Origin: Selaginella moellendorffii
Lineage: Eukaryota; Plantae; Lycopodiophyta
Length of the DNA: 64,000 bases
Reading direction: 5' to 3'
Assembly: GCF_000143415.4 (NCBI RefSeq)
Contig: NW_003314270.1
Span: forward strand, 2,635,668-2,699,667
Shown here: positions 25,890 to 38,789 of the stretch, piece after piece
How the letters are laid out: each line of letters opens with the position of its first letter
How positions within the stretch are numbered: position 1 is the stretch's first letter
Position numbers and translations under genes: made by a program
The notes under the pieces: model-generated
Databases searched by the model: none
What the model was told of the DNA's origin: nothing
Seen by the model: only the letters and a program-made list of their open reading frames with translations

Positions 25890-27257
25890 TACCAATAGCA
25901 TCTAGAACCTGGCCTTCTGTCCATGTCTTTCTCCTCTTCTTCTTCTTCTTCTTTTTTTCTTATGGGGTTGATTGGATCCACATGCTGACATTTTGAGAGA
26001 AGAGATTAAAGATATTGCCAAAGATCCTCAAGCAATGCTTCCAATTCCAAGCGCCCTCTTGGCAAAGCGCTGATGGCAAGCGAGTCCTCATTGGATAAAC
26101 TCAACTCTCATGCTCTTCACGAGTTTCTAGCTTTCTCATGTCTTCCTACTTTCGTTATTCTTGTGTTTTTCTAACAGTAGGGAGGCAAACTAAACAACTT
26201 CACAGATGGGTCTGGCGTCGAGCATGACTATTTTCTCTCGCTGGTGAAACCGTTGTTTGAGGACATGCCTCTGGTGGCGCCTCCAGAGCCTGCGAAGTCC
26301 AAGTATGTTGGTGGCGAGTGGCCCCTTCAAGGCGAGAGTGATGTAAGAGTTTTTCCTTTCTTTCATTTTTGCGTTCTCTCTTTGTTGGAAGTCTAAATGG
26401 ATCTAGCTCTTTCATTTTTAACCAGACAGGTTTCTATTGCTTTTGAATCCCTGGTGGCTGGAGAAATGAACGTGATGCTGTAGTGGCAACTGTGTTACAG
26501 GTAAAGATTCCCCTTCTTTCTCAAGTTTGCTGGAAGAAAATGTTTATGCAAACTTTGTGTTTCTTTTATTTTTTTTCCGTTTTAGTCGGCTCGTTTTCAA
26601 CCAGGGGCCCAGGCAAGGGCATCCATTCCAGATTGTGTATGTATGAATCATGGTTTGGTTTTTGTGTTCTTGCTTAATTTGGCACAGACGTCCAGATACT
26701 CGCATTCTTGCTGTCCATCCCATGTGGAAAATTTTAGTGCTTTTACTTCTGTATACAATGACTCCAGCTTGTTTGGGATCCGTGCATCTTCTGTGAGTAG
26801 TGCTCTCGAGTAATATTTGTCTCAAATGCGTGTTCTTGTGCTGTTTATCTAGGAGCACAAGTTTGTAGACGAACTGGTAGATATTATAGGAGACGAGCTT
26901 TTGGCAGAACCTGGAGAAGGTACTCAACTTGGACATTCTCTTTTATCACTTCTATATGACGTCTTTCCATTGTCGTTGACGAGATTGAATCACACAAAGA
27001 TTGCAACCATTTCACTTGTTCTGATGAATCTCGAGTCTCTGGTTCGTGGTTTCTCGTTTCTCTATGCATAGATGAACTATATATTTTCTTATAGGTGGTC
27101 ATGAATGATCGGCAAGTTTTCACTATGGTTGCAGGTCAGACACTACGTTATTTGTAAATGAGCTTTTTATTTTGGGGACAGGAAGCCTGCAAAAGAATTT
27201 ATCAATGCAGTTCATGAGCACTTTAGATGATCTTTGTAAAGTTGTGGTATGGCGACG
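25890..27257 (+). pseudogene. MPPA: Mitochondrial processing peptidase alpha subunit (M16) pseudogene with introns
   Basis: Manual translation gives EEIKDIAKDPQAML, ALMASESSLDKLN, SGVEHDYFLSLVKPLFEDMP..KSKYVGG, IPGGWRNERDAVVATVLQ, GSFSTRGPGKGIHSRL (Gly-rich loop), FSAFTSVYNDSSLFGI, RKPAKEFINAV. GT-AG boundaries remain, with frameshifts and deletions. Confidence 0.88.
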
Positions 27258-27389
27258 GTATGTATATCACAAAGTTTTCAAATAATAGTTGATATATTAA
27301 TTCAGTTTTAACAAAAGTGATTTTTGTATTTGCAACAACCCTTAAATAAAAATTAATCTTATGACCCGTTAGATGATAGTATTCGCTTA

Positions 27390-28454
27390 GGGTTATGGAA
27401 TTCCCCCTCGAAGCTGCGAAGGCTCTTTGTCCTGGAATCCTCATTTTTTTTCCAGGGAACTACATTGCGTCTGGAGAGAATCGTCCGTGCTTCCTGACGT
27501 GGAGTGCACTCTGTCTGCATGGCCTCTTCCAGTGGGTGACTGGAAGAAATCTCTGGATGGCGCTTTTGGTTTTGCGGTGGATGCAGCAGCGAAACTTCAA
27601 CCTGCGAAAAAAAGATCTGGAGGCCAAAATCAGTGATCCTAGCTACAAGAACTCGAGCCTGAAGCCTGAGGCATGGGCCAGACAGAACTACATCAGGGTT
27701 TTTCCCAAGCCAGATCGACAAGACCAGGGACTGGAGGGCACAAACACGAGACTCAAAGCCCTGAACTCCACGTTGATCCTGCAAGTCACCAACCAGAAAG
27801 AAGATATGAAGAACACAAACATAGAAGCAAGCTGAGAAAATCCAAGAGCTGCAGAAGAACTCAAGGGAGATCGTTAGCCTTAAGGAGGAGAAACTCACGG
27901 AGAGAGTGGCAAAGCTCGAGGAGGAACTTACAGACCAGAGTCGTCAGCTTTCAGCCCATGGTCGTCAACTCTCAGCATTGGAGCAGAGGTTATCTCCATT
28001 GTGCATGGTCGAGCGAGTGCTTCTGCAAAAGCTCTGTGAGGCCAGGCTCGGGAGAAATGCGTGAGGCTTGTGGGAGAAGCAGATGTGGAGATCCCACTGG
28101 CAGCCGATGGAAAAACAAATTGGAATGCATTTTTCAACATTCTAGGGTAAGTTTTTCTTTTTCTTTTTTTCTTCTGTCAACTAGTACTTACATGTGATTT
28201 TTATTTTTTTCAGAGTCATGGCATTGTTAAACGATGCAGGGCTCACTGTGGGGCTCGAGTATGCCAGATCGATCCCCCGGCGCTTGCATGCCAGTGTGCA
28301 TCAAGTGGTGGAGTCGGAGGTGTTTGTGGACACAATGCCGGAGCTGACGCTCAACGAGTTCCGGACCAAAATGGAGAACATTCTGGTGTTCATCTGTCTA
28401 GCAGTGCAAGCTTCTCTCCAAGCAGCCTTTGAGGCTGATGCTCCAACTGAGTAA
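27390..28454 (+). pseudogene. Unknown gene or pseudogene with a coiled-coil-like segment
   Basis: GC-richer, coding-like island with a GT-AG intron (~28148-28213) and a last exon VMALLNDAG..DAPTE*. Frames are disrupted upstream; no family recognised. Confidence 0.3.
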
Positions 28455-28889
28455 AGGTGTGTAAATTTCAAGCTTACTAAGCATTGAGCTCTTTGTTTCT
28501 TGTGTCAGGTTTTGCAACGAATTTTTGTCCCCTTGAATTTTCTCCCTTCGATAGCCATCCTCTCGAGTTCTAGAGCTTCTTGTACAAGCCTGCTATTCTT
28601 ATCATTAAAAGATACTCAAAAAGTAAGCTGTTTAGCTTAGCAAGTAAATTGAAGTAAATGTAAAAGCTCTTTTGTCCCTAAATCTTTTTGTTCGTTTTCT
28701 TTGCCTATCGATTTCATCTAGCAAATAGAAATAGCAAATGAGTCCAGTGAAAATAGCAGGAGCTGAGATAACCACAGCTCTTTTACTAGGAGCCACTCGC
28801 AGCATCTACACAGTGGTAATTGTTACCTGGAACTTCATACTTTTATTGCTTTTTCTTCCACTCCTCCATGGCTCTCAAGCTTAATTTTT

Positions 28890-29019
28890 TTCTGGGGACC
28901 TTCAACACTCTTGATTTTCTTTGGCTTTTCAGACTTGGAATCTCTCTCAGGAGGTGTCGAATGTAGCTGCAAGAGGCCAAATCCCATAGCAATCTTGCCA
29001 ACCTGCAATTTCTTCCACC
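28890..29019 (-). pseudogene. Isolated exon fragment of DEAD-box helicase RH18/DDX55
   Basis: After a TTTAG acceptor the frame reads WKKLQVGKIAMGFGLLQL, resembling the RH18/DDX55 C-terminal extension (WKxLEIGKLAMGYGLL). Confidence 0.55.
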
Positions 29020-30196
29020 TAAATACAAATAGAGAACAAAGAAGGATTGCTCATTGGAAAATGTAGTTATAGTGGTGCTCTTTTTGTTGGCAAAATAAGC
29101 ATTTTCCATTTTTTGTAGCAATGTCATATTAATGTTGGAAGATTTTGAAATATAGATTAATTACAAAAGTAGTGGAGGCTTTTTATACAAATAAGTCAAT
29201 GACCTTTTCATCCTTATTTTAAAAGTACCATCAAAAAATTAATTTAGCATAAATTTGAAGTGTTAACTTTCCAAGCTCATTTTTATAAATAGTGGCCCTT
29301 TGTTATCTTCTTTATACAGGTTTGAGTTTATTTTCTATTGTTCAACTTATTATTATATGTTGTTGTATACATTTGCATCATGTAGTAAATTTAATTTTCA
29401 TTCTCTATAGCAACACCTATATACATATACATGAGACAAGGTAAACTTAATTGTATATAGAAGTGATTTTGACCTTGAACTTCAGTCATTGTAAGTAGTG
29501 TTGAATTAAGGTAACCTTACATTGGTATAAATTAATTACAACACAATCATACCAAATATAGCTTTGAGGATTTTCCCTCTTGATTCATACTCCCTCATTT
29601 TTTCTTCATTCCTCTCACTTGAAGCTGGAAGATTCCTCTCATCTAGTCTAATACACTTGGGTATTATCTTCAATCCTTGTCTCAGAACTCAAAAAGCACC
29701 ACTCATAAAGGAGAAAAGTTGCTATTAAATTATGTTAAATCAGCCCCTTTTCACCCTTATCATAGATGCCTTTGAAGTAGTATTTCACAGCTATAAGAAC
29801 TCTATAGAAAGATTCTTACAAAGAAGCTCTCAAGAACTCTCTTTCTCTCTAAAATAAGACTATATAGTGGATTCATAAAGAAAAAACACTCTAGCTTCAC
29901 TTATGATATAATAGAAAAAAAATGATAAAAAATAGTGATAGATTGTGCAAAAACAATTCAAAATCTCAACCTAGGGTTTCTAGGATACCATTATGACCGA
30001 AAACACTTATTTAGGTTGTGCTACACATTAAAAGAAAGGATCCATGATATGGAAGAAATGGCAAGAGAAATGGAGTTGTATAAGTTGCAAACAAAATTGA
30101 GAGAAAATAAAAAAGAACAAAGCTAAACAGCTCTGACCAGTCTTATGCCACGGTGGTTTACCCGACCAGCTTTGCTCGACCCCCTGGACCTTTTTT

Positions 30197-30656
30197 NNNN
30201 NNNNNNNNNNNNNNNNNNNNNNNNNNNNNNNNNNNNNNNNNNNNNNNNNNNNNNNNNNNNNNNNNNNNNNNNNNNNNNNNNNNNNNNNNNNNNNNNNNNN
30301 NNNNNNNNNNNNNNNNNNNNNNNNNNNNNNNNNNNNNNNNNNNNNNNNNNNNNNNNNNNNNNNNNNNNNNNNNNNNNNNNNNNNNNNNNNNNNNNNNNNN
30401 NNNNNNNNNNNNNNNNNNNNNNNNNNNNNNNNNNNNNNNNNNNNNNNNNNNNNNNNNNNNNNNNNNNNNNNNNNNNNNNNNNNNNNNNNNNNNNNNNNNN
30501 NNNNNNNNNNNNNNNNNNNNNNNNNNNNNNNNNNNNNNNNNNNNNNNNNNNNNNNNNNNNNNNNNNNNNNNNNNNNNNNNNNNNNNNNNNNNNNNNNNNN
30601 NNNNNNNNNNNNNNNNNNNNNNNNNNNNNNNNNNNNNNNNNNNNNNNNNNNNNNNN
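30197..30656. other. Assembly gap (460 N)
   Basis: Run of N characters. Confidence 1.
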
Positions 30657-30675
30657 AATAAATCAAAATATAAAA

Positions 30676-31125
30676 ATGAAATTATTAGCTTATTTCATTT
30701 TATGGTTTGCTATATGAAAGGGCTCTCTTCAAAATTACTCAAGTCCATCAATTGTAAACTGCATTGAAAGAAATTATGTAAGAACTGATGTTGGAGATTA
30801 TTGTAACTGTGCATCACTTGTTTGGATTAAATTTGCTTTAGCTAATTTTGCACCTGGACATTATAGCTTTAGAATTGGTACACTTGGAGTTTTTTTAAAC
30901 ATTGGATGCTTTCATGATCAAACAAGAAGTGATTTTCTTGAAGGTATTGAAGATATATGGGAAATATGTCTTTCACAAAATGAATTTGGAGGTCATGTCA
31001 TTCTTACTGATGGGTCAATGAGATTAATGATAACTCATACTAGAGATGAACTTATTTATAGTGAAACTAATTATCTTAAACCTCAAGATTTATATTTACC
31101 AGATAAGTGTTATGCAACTTCTTAA
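30676..31125 (+). pseudogene. AT-rich small secreted Cys-rich protein ORF (149 codons) with one in-frame TGA at codon 14
   Basis: MKLLAYFILWFAI*KGSLQNYSSPSIVNCIERNYVRTDVGDYCNCASLV...GIEDIWEICLSQNEFGGHV...DKCYATS*. Has a signal-peptide-like start and 135 open codons in very AT-rich DNA. Confidence 0.65.
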
Positions 31126-32929
31126 TTAATTAACATCTATCTAAATTTTAATTAAATATTAAGAATATATTTTTATTTAGTTATCTTTAACTGTGATTAG
31201 TGATTAAAACTGGAGATGTATAATAATAAATATGTTTATTGTATAATTTATAATCATAAACTTGTAGCTTAATGATTAGTAAATATATTGTATTGAATAA
31301 TTATAATAAACTATAATTATCAATTAATTACCATAATTTCAAAAAATAATTATTTTATTACTGTAAAAAAAATTCTTCTACAACTGATTTTATTGCTAGT
31401 TCTTTTTAAATTTGATAAATAAGAAAAATAAATATCTTGAATAAACCATTATTCTAAATATATCCAATCAATATAATTAAATCTCCTCAACCCACTACTA
31501 TTAGTAGTAGCAGCCTGTTATAAATCATCAATATTGATGATTATAAGTGTCATGCTATGGAGAACTCTAGTGCCAATTTAAACAATTTGATATAAAAAGT
31601 GAACTAAAATATTTCAATCTCCTTTTGGGGAAGGTATAGTTCATGTCAATTGCCTTGTCTTGTCATTTGGAGTAGCCAACTTTCAATATAGTAGAGTATA
31701 TAAAGCATTTGTTATAATATTGTTCTTCCCAAGTTTATAAGGATCTCACAATCAAACTTGACTAAAACATTGGCCTGTTAACTCTATTTTTCTTGAAGGT
31801 CAAGTTATGATAAAAAGTGTTTTATTGTCATATTGTGTGGACTCAACATCACAACGTCTTTGCGGGGTATGTAGATCTTAACGTGCGGATCCCTGTTGAA
31901 ACTCCTAACTCTTAAAACAAAGTTATTTATATATACTTTAAAGTGTCTTTTAAAGTAATACTACCACTTCTTAAGTGCTTTGACCATTGGAAACAACTAT
32001 ACTTCCAAGGGAATATATAAACTCCTTAGACACTTTTCATAAATAACTAATAGGACTAAAATGAGACTAACACAAGGGGTTTTTTTTCATAAGTAGACCA
32101 TTTTTATTAAATCTTATTTTATTGCTTTGAGAAGAATGCCATTGGATGATTGTTTTATTTTAAGATCACATTTAACGCAAAGTTCAAGGCATCCATTTCT
32201 ACCTTAAAGTTTTTACTAACGTTTAGTAATGCTTATATGTCAACTTCCCTTAAAGGTGGACTAATATAACTTCACATTCTGTTGTTCATACTATCTTCTC
32301 TTTTCCCGTTTGGTCTTTGCATTTGTTATGAAGTGAGTTATGTTTTATTATAGAAAATAAATTCATGAAAAATCATTAAGTGATTATTTATTAAGCATAA
32401 TTTATTGTGTTTAACTTTTGGATTGATATAGATATGTTCTTTATTAACTTTTGCATTTTAGCTTATGAAAGTGTTAAAGGGGATATTATAAGCTGTACTA
32501 TGATTTCTTTTTGGGCATTAAAGGTAGTTAGTGCAAAACTTGTGATCTTGGTTTATAGGACTTGGATATATGCTTCTTTGAGTTTTTAGTTTTTTAGTTA
32601 TCATATTCATTATTCTATTTATTAAGAGTTATCAAAGAAGGTGTTTTAGCTCATAATATTTTATATTTGAGTTAGTTTCTCATTTAGCAATCATTGGCAA
32701 TGATTAATTGTCATTTTAGATAGTTTATTACCCTTATTAGAGTCTTTCTTAATTATTGTTGGTGATCTATTCTTTAGGATAGTAGATTATTCTTCAATAA
32801 TGATTATGCATCTCTGTAGTGCATATAAATTTGAAATTGAACTCTAAGTTTATTACATTACAAAACACACATTCAATATATGTTATGAGCACCAACTCTT
32901 TATATACAACTCTTACATGTAAAATAGTG

Positions 32930-35900
32930 TCAGATGGTATCTAATACAATTTTGGCATACTAGTGGTCTAACACAAAGAAGACTAGAGCAACATAGAACT
33001 TGGCTTAATCCCAAACCAAACATAAAACAAGGATATATAGTGTAGCAAGAGCTAAATTAATATCTTAGTTGGTTTCACTAGCTCTTTATATGCAAGTCCT
33101 ATATACAAAATCATATCAAATGTTGTCTAGCACAATTTTGGTATATTGGTGGTCTAACACAAGAAGAACTACAGCAACATGGAGCTTAGACTTAGTCCCA
33201 AACCAAATCTAGAAAGAGTTTAGCAAGAGCCAATGTAATATCTTAGTTGGTTCCATTTGAGGAATGCACACTTTGGGCTTCACCTTAGTTTCAAGAGTTA
33301 GTCTTTAGGATAAGTTTGAAACTTATTAAATATGGAATAGTGTTAAATTGTAAATTAAGATGCAGGAACAATACCATAAAGTTTAACACACTCTCTATAT
33401 TCTGTAGATATGCATTTTAAGCAAATCTAAACACTTATCATAAATATTATATAGATCCGGAACAAGACCAACACATAAGGTATGATAGTGAGGGGTTTAA
33501 GGCACTCTTTACATTCTATAAATATGCCTTTTGAACAAATTTAGACACTTATTATAAATATTATATAGATCTGAAATAGGACTAATACATAGAACATGAT
33601 AATGATGATCTATAATGGCAGTCACAATAAGCTATCATGTAGTAATATTGAGGAACTAAATTCAATATCATAAGGGTTTTTGCCAAGCCGGTGCAAGATA
33701 GAGCAAAAGAGAATTAAAAGCTAAACCAAAATTGTAGCGCATGTGATCATGGGATGAGATTTGGATATACTGTCACTGTGGATCTTTGGAACCTTGGGGG
33801 ATAAATGGGGATAAAATAGCCACTAAGGGCTCTCTCATCAAGCAATTGCCCCTTTTCCAGTTGGCTTAAGGGGAGAGAGATAAAGTGCGTTACAGTTCCT
33901 GACTGCGAGGGCCGCTCAAAAAGCAACTAAAAGGGGATGTCGGACCTTTTGGGTTCAAGTGATGGAAGTTGAGGGTATTGGTGACTCAGTTCGAATCGGC
34001 GACGGGGTTGATCCTATACCAAAGAAGATATTGGAGTTGTTGGCGAGGAATCAGGATATCTTTCCGAAGGATTTGCCGCCAAGGCTACCTTCTAGCCGTG
34101 AGGTTGATCATCGGATTGAAGTTATTCTGGGTTCTAAACCACCTACGAAAGCTCCATATCGGTTGAACATCAAGGAGATGGCTGAACTCAAGAAGCAACT
34201 CATGGAGCTTCTTGACAAAGGTCATATCCGACCAAGCAAGTCACCTTATGGAGCGCCGGTCCTTTTTGTTATGAAAAAGGATGGAACCATGAGGATGTGT
34301 ATTGACTATCGGGCACTCAACAAGATTACGGTTAAAAAAAGTTATCCTTTGCCTCGCATTAATGACTTGTTTGACCAACTCTTAAAGGCTAAGTATTTTA
34401 CGCGACTTGATTTGCGGTCCGGGTACCATCAGATATGGATGGCGGATTAGGATGTGAAGAAGACAGCCTTTAAGACTCGGTATGGATCATATGAGTTCCT
34501 TGTCATGCCGTTCGGGTTATGCAATGCTCTAGCAACGTTCAGCACTATGATGGATAGAATATTCAGAGATTATCTAGACACATTTGTTGTCCTATATATC
34601 GACAATGTTCTAGTCTTCAGCGAAATGTTGGAGGATCATTTGAAACACTTGGAGCTGGTGTTTCAGAAGTTGTGCGAACACAAACTGTATGCTAAGGAAA
34701 GTAAATGCGCTTTTGGTCAATTGCGCGTAAACTTTCTCAGACATATAGTTGGTGGTGGCGTGATTGGAGTCGATCCAAAGAAGGTGGAAGCAATGAAGTC
34801 CTGGGAAGTCCCAACCACTGTATCAGATGTTCGTTCTTTTCTCGATTTGGCGGGATACTATTGCAAGTTTGTCCGCAATTTTGCAAGAATTGCTTTTCCA
34901 TTGACTGAGTTGACGAAGAGTAGTATTCCGTTTGATTGGACACTAGCTTGTCAGTGTGCTTTTGTACAGTTGAAGGAGATCTTAACTACGGTTCCTGTTC
35001 TCTAGATCCCAAATCTTGATAAACCCTTCGAAGTGCATTATGATGCGTCTGGCTATGCCATGTTGCAACAAAATTGTGACAAAGCAGTTGGTGTTATGCT
35101 AAGGCGACATGGTTGTCCCGTTGCATTCTATTCCAAGAAATTGGATGAGACCCAACGAAGATGGCCAACACATGAGAAAGAGATGTTTGCTATAGTGTTG
35201 GCCCTGGAACACTGGAGACACTACTTGGGTGGACATACCAAGGTTTATATGGATAGTAACACACTAAACTACTTTGTTATGCAGCCTAAACTTACGCCGA
35301 AGCAGGCTCGTTGGCAAGAGAAGCTTGCTAGATATGATATTAAAATCATATATAAACCTGGTAAAGACAATATTGTTCCGGATGCATTGAGTCGTCAAGC
35401 TCAATTCCGGGCAATATCGGCAATCAGTTTGGACTGGTTGGAGGACGTTTGGGCTTCATATGGAAGTGATCCATTGGCAAAGGCAATCTTATGCCGTACA
35501 GGGTTGTTGAAGCAGTGCCCTAGTAGTGAAGTAGCGAAAGTTGCTATTCGCACTAATGCGAAGCTTCACTTCTCAGTTCGGGATGGGCTTATATTCTATA
35601 AGCAAGAAAGATTGTATCTTCCCTCTAAAGATTTGCAGCAGTTATTTCTGCGGGAACATCATGATATTTCAGCAGCGGGACATGGTGGACAACGAAAGAC
35701 TCTAGCTTTGTTGAAAAAGGGATTTTTCTGGTCTGGTATGGAAGGTGATGTAGCGGACTATGTCTGTTCCTGCCCTATATGCCAGCAATGTAAGCGCAAA
35801 ATTGAGAAGCAGGCTGGGAAGTTGCAGTGCATTCTAGCACCGGCATGGCCATTTCAAAGTGTGACACTTGATTTTGTCACTTGCTTGCCGAAGTCTAAGG

Positions 35901-38651
35901 GTTATGATACTTTGATGGTGGTTGTGGATCAGTTAACAAAGATTGCACACTTCATTCCAACTATGGGAATAATGAATGTGAAACAAGCAGCAAAGCTCTT
36001 TTTCCATGAAGTAGTGCGAGTTCGTGGTCTCCCTAAAGAGATGATCTTAGATAGAGATTCGAGGTTTATGAGGAAGTTTTGGGGCAGACTGTTCCAGTTG
36101 TTTGGTACTAAGTTAAAGTTTAGTACGGCTTATCATCCTCAGACTGATGGGTAGACCGAACGCATGAATGCTCAAGTTGAGGATTATCTGCGGTACTATG
36201 TCGCGGCGGACCAACGTGACTGAGTTGAGCATTTGGATACAGCAGAAATATGTTATAACAACACATTTCACAGCGCTATAGGCTGTTCTCCATGGGAGAT
36301 GTTGCAAGGAAATGCTCGTGGGTTCCTCAACAGATCGTTGTACCAAAACCTATGTCTGAAGTGTTGGTCCCGGCCGTTGAGACTTATGCGGAGCAGCTAC
36401 GCTAAAGTTGGTCTAAACCTACTGAGGTGATGGGCAAAGCTCAGGATAGGTATCGACGTGATAAGGATCAACATTGTCGGGATGTATCTTATCAAGTGGG
36501 AGATCAAGTGTGGCTATCTTCCTGGAATTTGAACATTAAGGGTTCTTTGTCTCGAAAGCTCTTGCCAAGATATGTTGGACCCTATTGGGTGCTAAAACGC
36601 ATTGGTGATATATCCTATCGGTTGGATCTACCTGCGGAGATGTCCAATGTTTATAATGTATTTCATGCCAATCTATTGGCTCCTTACACTATGAATATTG
36701 CACATCAAGGGGAGATTCGTCCACCACCAGATGTTGTGGATGGTGAACCTGAATATGAAGTTGAAAGCATTCTGTCCTGTCGCCGGAAACATGGAGCTCG
36801 TGCGAAAGAATATCTAATTAAGTGGAAAGGTTACCCAACTTGTGAATCAACCTAGGAACCTCTTAGTAATCTTACCCATGCTCGTGAGCTTGTCATGGAG
36901 TATGAGAATCGTAATAAGGATTAGCTTTTGTAAAATATTGTAATAAATCTTGCAAATTAATAAAGTAATATATTTCTATAAATCAAAGTGTCATTTCTCT
37001 CATTCGATAGTACTTGGGTCAGTTTAGGCAGGCTAACTTCGGCACTTCAGTGCATGGGTCCAATCCATAACTATGGGGATAACTATTATAGGCTGATCAC
37101 AAGTCCCCACCTCTCTCTCGATGACTCCTTTTTGAAACGGGGCATGGTCGTGTAAACAACTTAATCTGCCAGTTTATAATAATTGTCTAAATCTTCCCGA
37201 CGGGGTTGATTTCTTGCTCAGGGGCAGTTGGGCCTCTGGCCTTCTCCCTATATCCCTGCGGGTAGGGATGTATCATTCCTTTGTAAGCCGAGTGGTACTC
37301 GGAGCAGCAAGGGTGGCTAACTCTATTAGTCATTTCCTTGTCGGTGACGGCCAGAGGGTGTCTGAGTCTTAACATCTTTGGATGTAGAGGAGAGGTTGTT
37401 CCTTAACTCATTTAAGTCGGTGTATTTCCCATATAGTGTGCTTTCCATTAACTTTCGAAGTTGTTTCCTTGACGGTTTGCTAGACTCGAGTATGCATCGA
37501 CAAGGACGTCGATCTTCCCCAAGGGGGGGAGAGTGTCTCGAATGTGACTTCGGGTATCGAAAGATACTTGTCGACCAGTCCTTATGGGCATTCTTTCCTT
37601 ACTACCATGATGGCAGGAGGTCGATACTGCTAGTCCCTTTCATGGTCTCTACTCAAGCTAGTTGAGAAACTGGTCATTGCGTGTGCACTTGACCAAATGA
37701 GCATAAGGACGGAATTCCTACGTGCTATTTTTCAAGCATGCTTGACCTGGTTAGAGAAACTCATTCGTTGACTTGCACTTGCTAGTGTTGGGAACCCCTG
37801 CGATATTGAGACTAGTCCCTCAATATTCGCTAGATGATAACTTACCATGTCTACCAAATACCCTCGCTATCACGCCTTTTGTGTTGGTCTCATTTCGGTC
37901 CCAAATGCTATTTATGGAAAGTGTCTAGATTAGCTCATTTGGCATATCTACGGAATGTAGAGATTGGCCTGAACACAGTGGTGTTCATCCCGTGTCCAAA
38001 TTCGCAATCTAAGGACATTCCATATTTAGTAAGTTTCAGACTTGTCCCAGAGACTAACTCCTGGTACTAAGGGAGGCTTGGGGTGAAAGCCCAAAGCATG
38101 TGTCCCTCAAGGGAAGGGGGGGGGGGGGGGGGGGGTTCCAAATGTATAGTAGGGATAGTGGTTGGAATGTATGTCCGACCACCTAAGACATTAGTTTGGC
38201 TCCCCTTGGGCTGTGTTGCTCCTTGTTTTGCGTCCGGCTTGGGTCTAAGCCCAAGCTCCATGCTGCTCTAGTCGATGGGGTACCCTCCTCCTCGCGTTAG
38301 GCCACCGGTATACCAAAATTGTGCCGAACTCCATTTTGCGTGCAGGTGCTGAATATAGGGAGCTGGTGCTAGTGGGGTTGTACTGGACCCTCGTTTTGTA
38401 GTGCAACGGGCTTGGAGTTCGGCTCCAAATTCAGGTGCGCTACAAAAATACTCAACAAAAATACATAGATGTTCCTACTTTATGTTTATTTAGCTAAATA
38501 TAAATGTTAAACCCAATTTACTAACACTTGAAAAATAGGGCTAACAAAGGTAACCAACACTACCGACTTCCTACTATCATGGCAGTAAGGAGAGAGTGTT
38601 TGTAAGGATGGTTGATAAGTATTTTTCCATATTTGAAGTCATATTTGAGAC
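32930..38651 (-). mobile_element. Old family A LTR (32930-33732 + 38445-38651) split by the younger insertion
   Basis: Both halves align collinearly with 13700-14490 and are strongly AT-decayed. Internal tandem duplications at ~32935-33255 and ~33410-33605. Confidence 0.7.
33733..38444 (+). mobile_element. Chimeric chromovirus (Tcn1-like) element: TRIM LTR 33733-33894 + RT-RH-INT-chromodomain + PPT + family A LTR 37534-38444
   Basis: TSD AAAAT (33728-33732 / 38445-38449). [24 protein letters not shown]; RNaseH DASG, HEKEMFA; INT; group I chromodomain EYEVESIL..YLIKWKGY. PPT AAGGGGGGGAGAG 37521-37533. No gag, protease or PBS; several premature stops. Confidence 0.92.
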
Positions 38652-38789
38652 AATCTCTCTTGATAAGATGATTGATCTTAGTTTTTTTTTTTATATACCT
38701 TTGGCTTTTTATCTTACTACATATTTTTTATGGTTTATTTAGGATTGGGTTTAAAGTATTAGTAGGATATTATTGATACTTACTTTAGC

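Noticed and set aside
30028-30767. Long ORFs of X residues
   Set aside because: They span the assembly gap.
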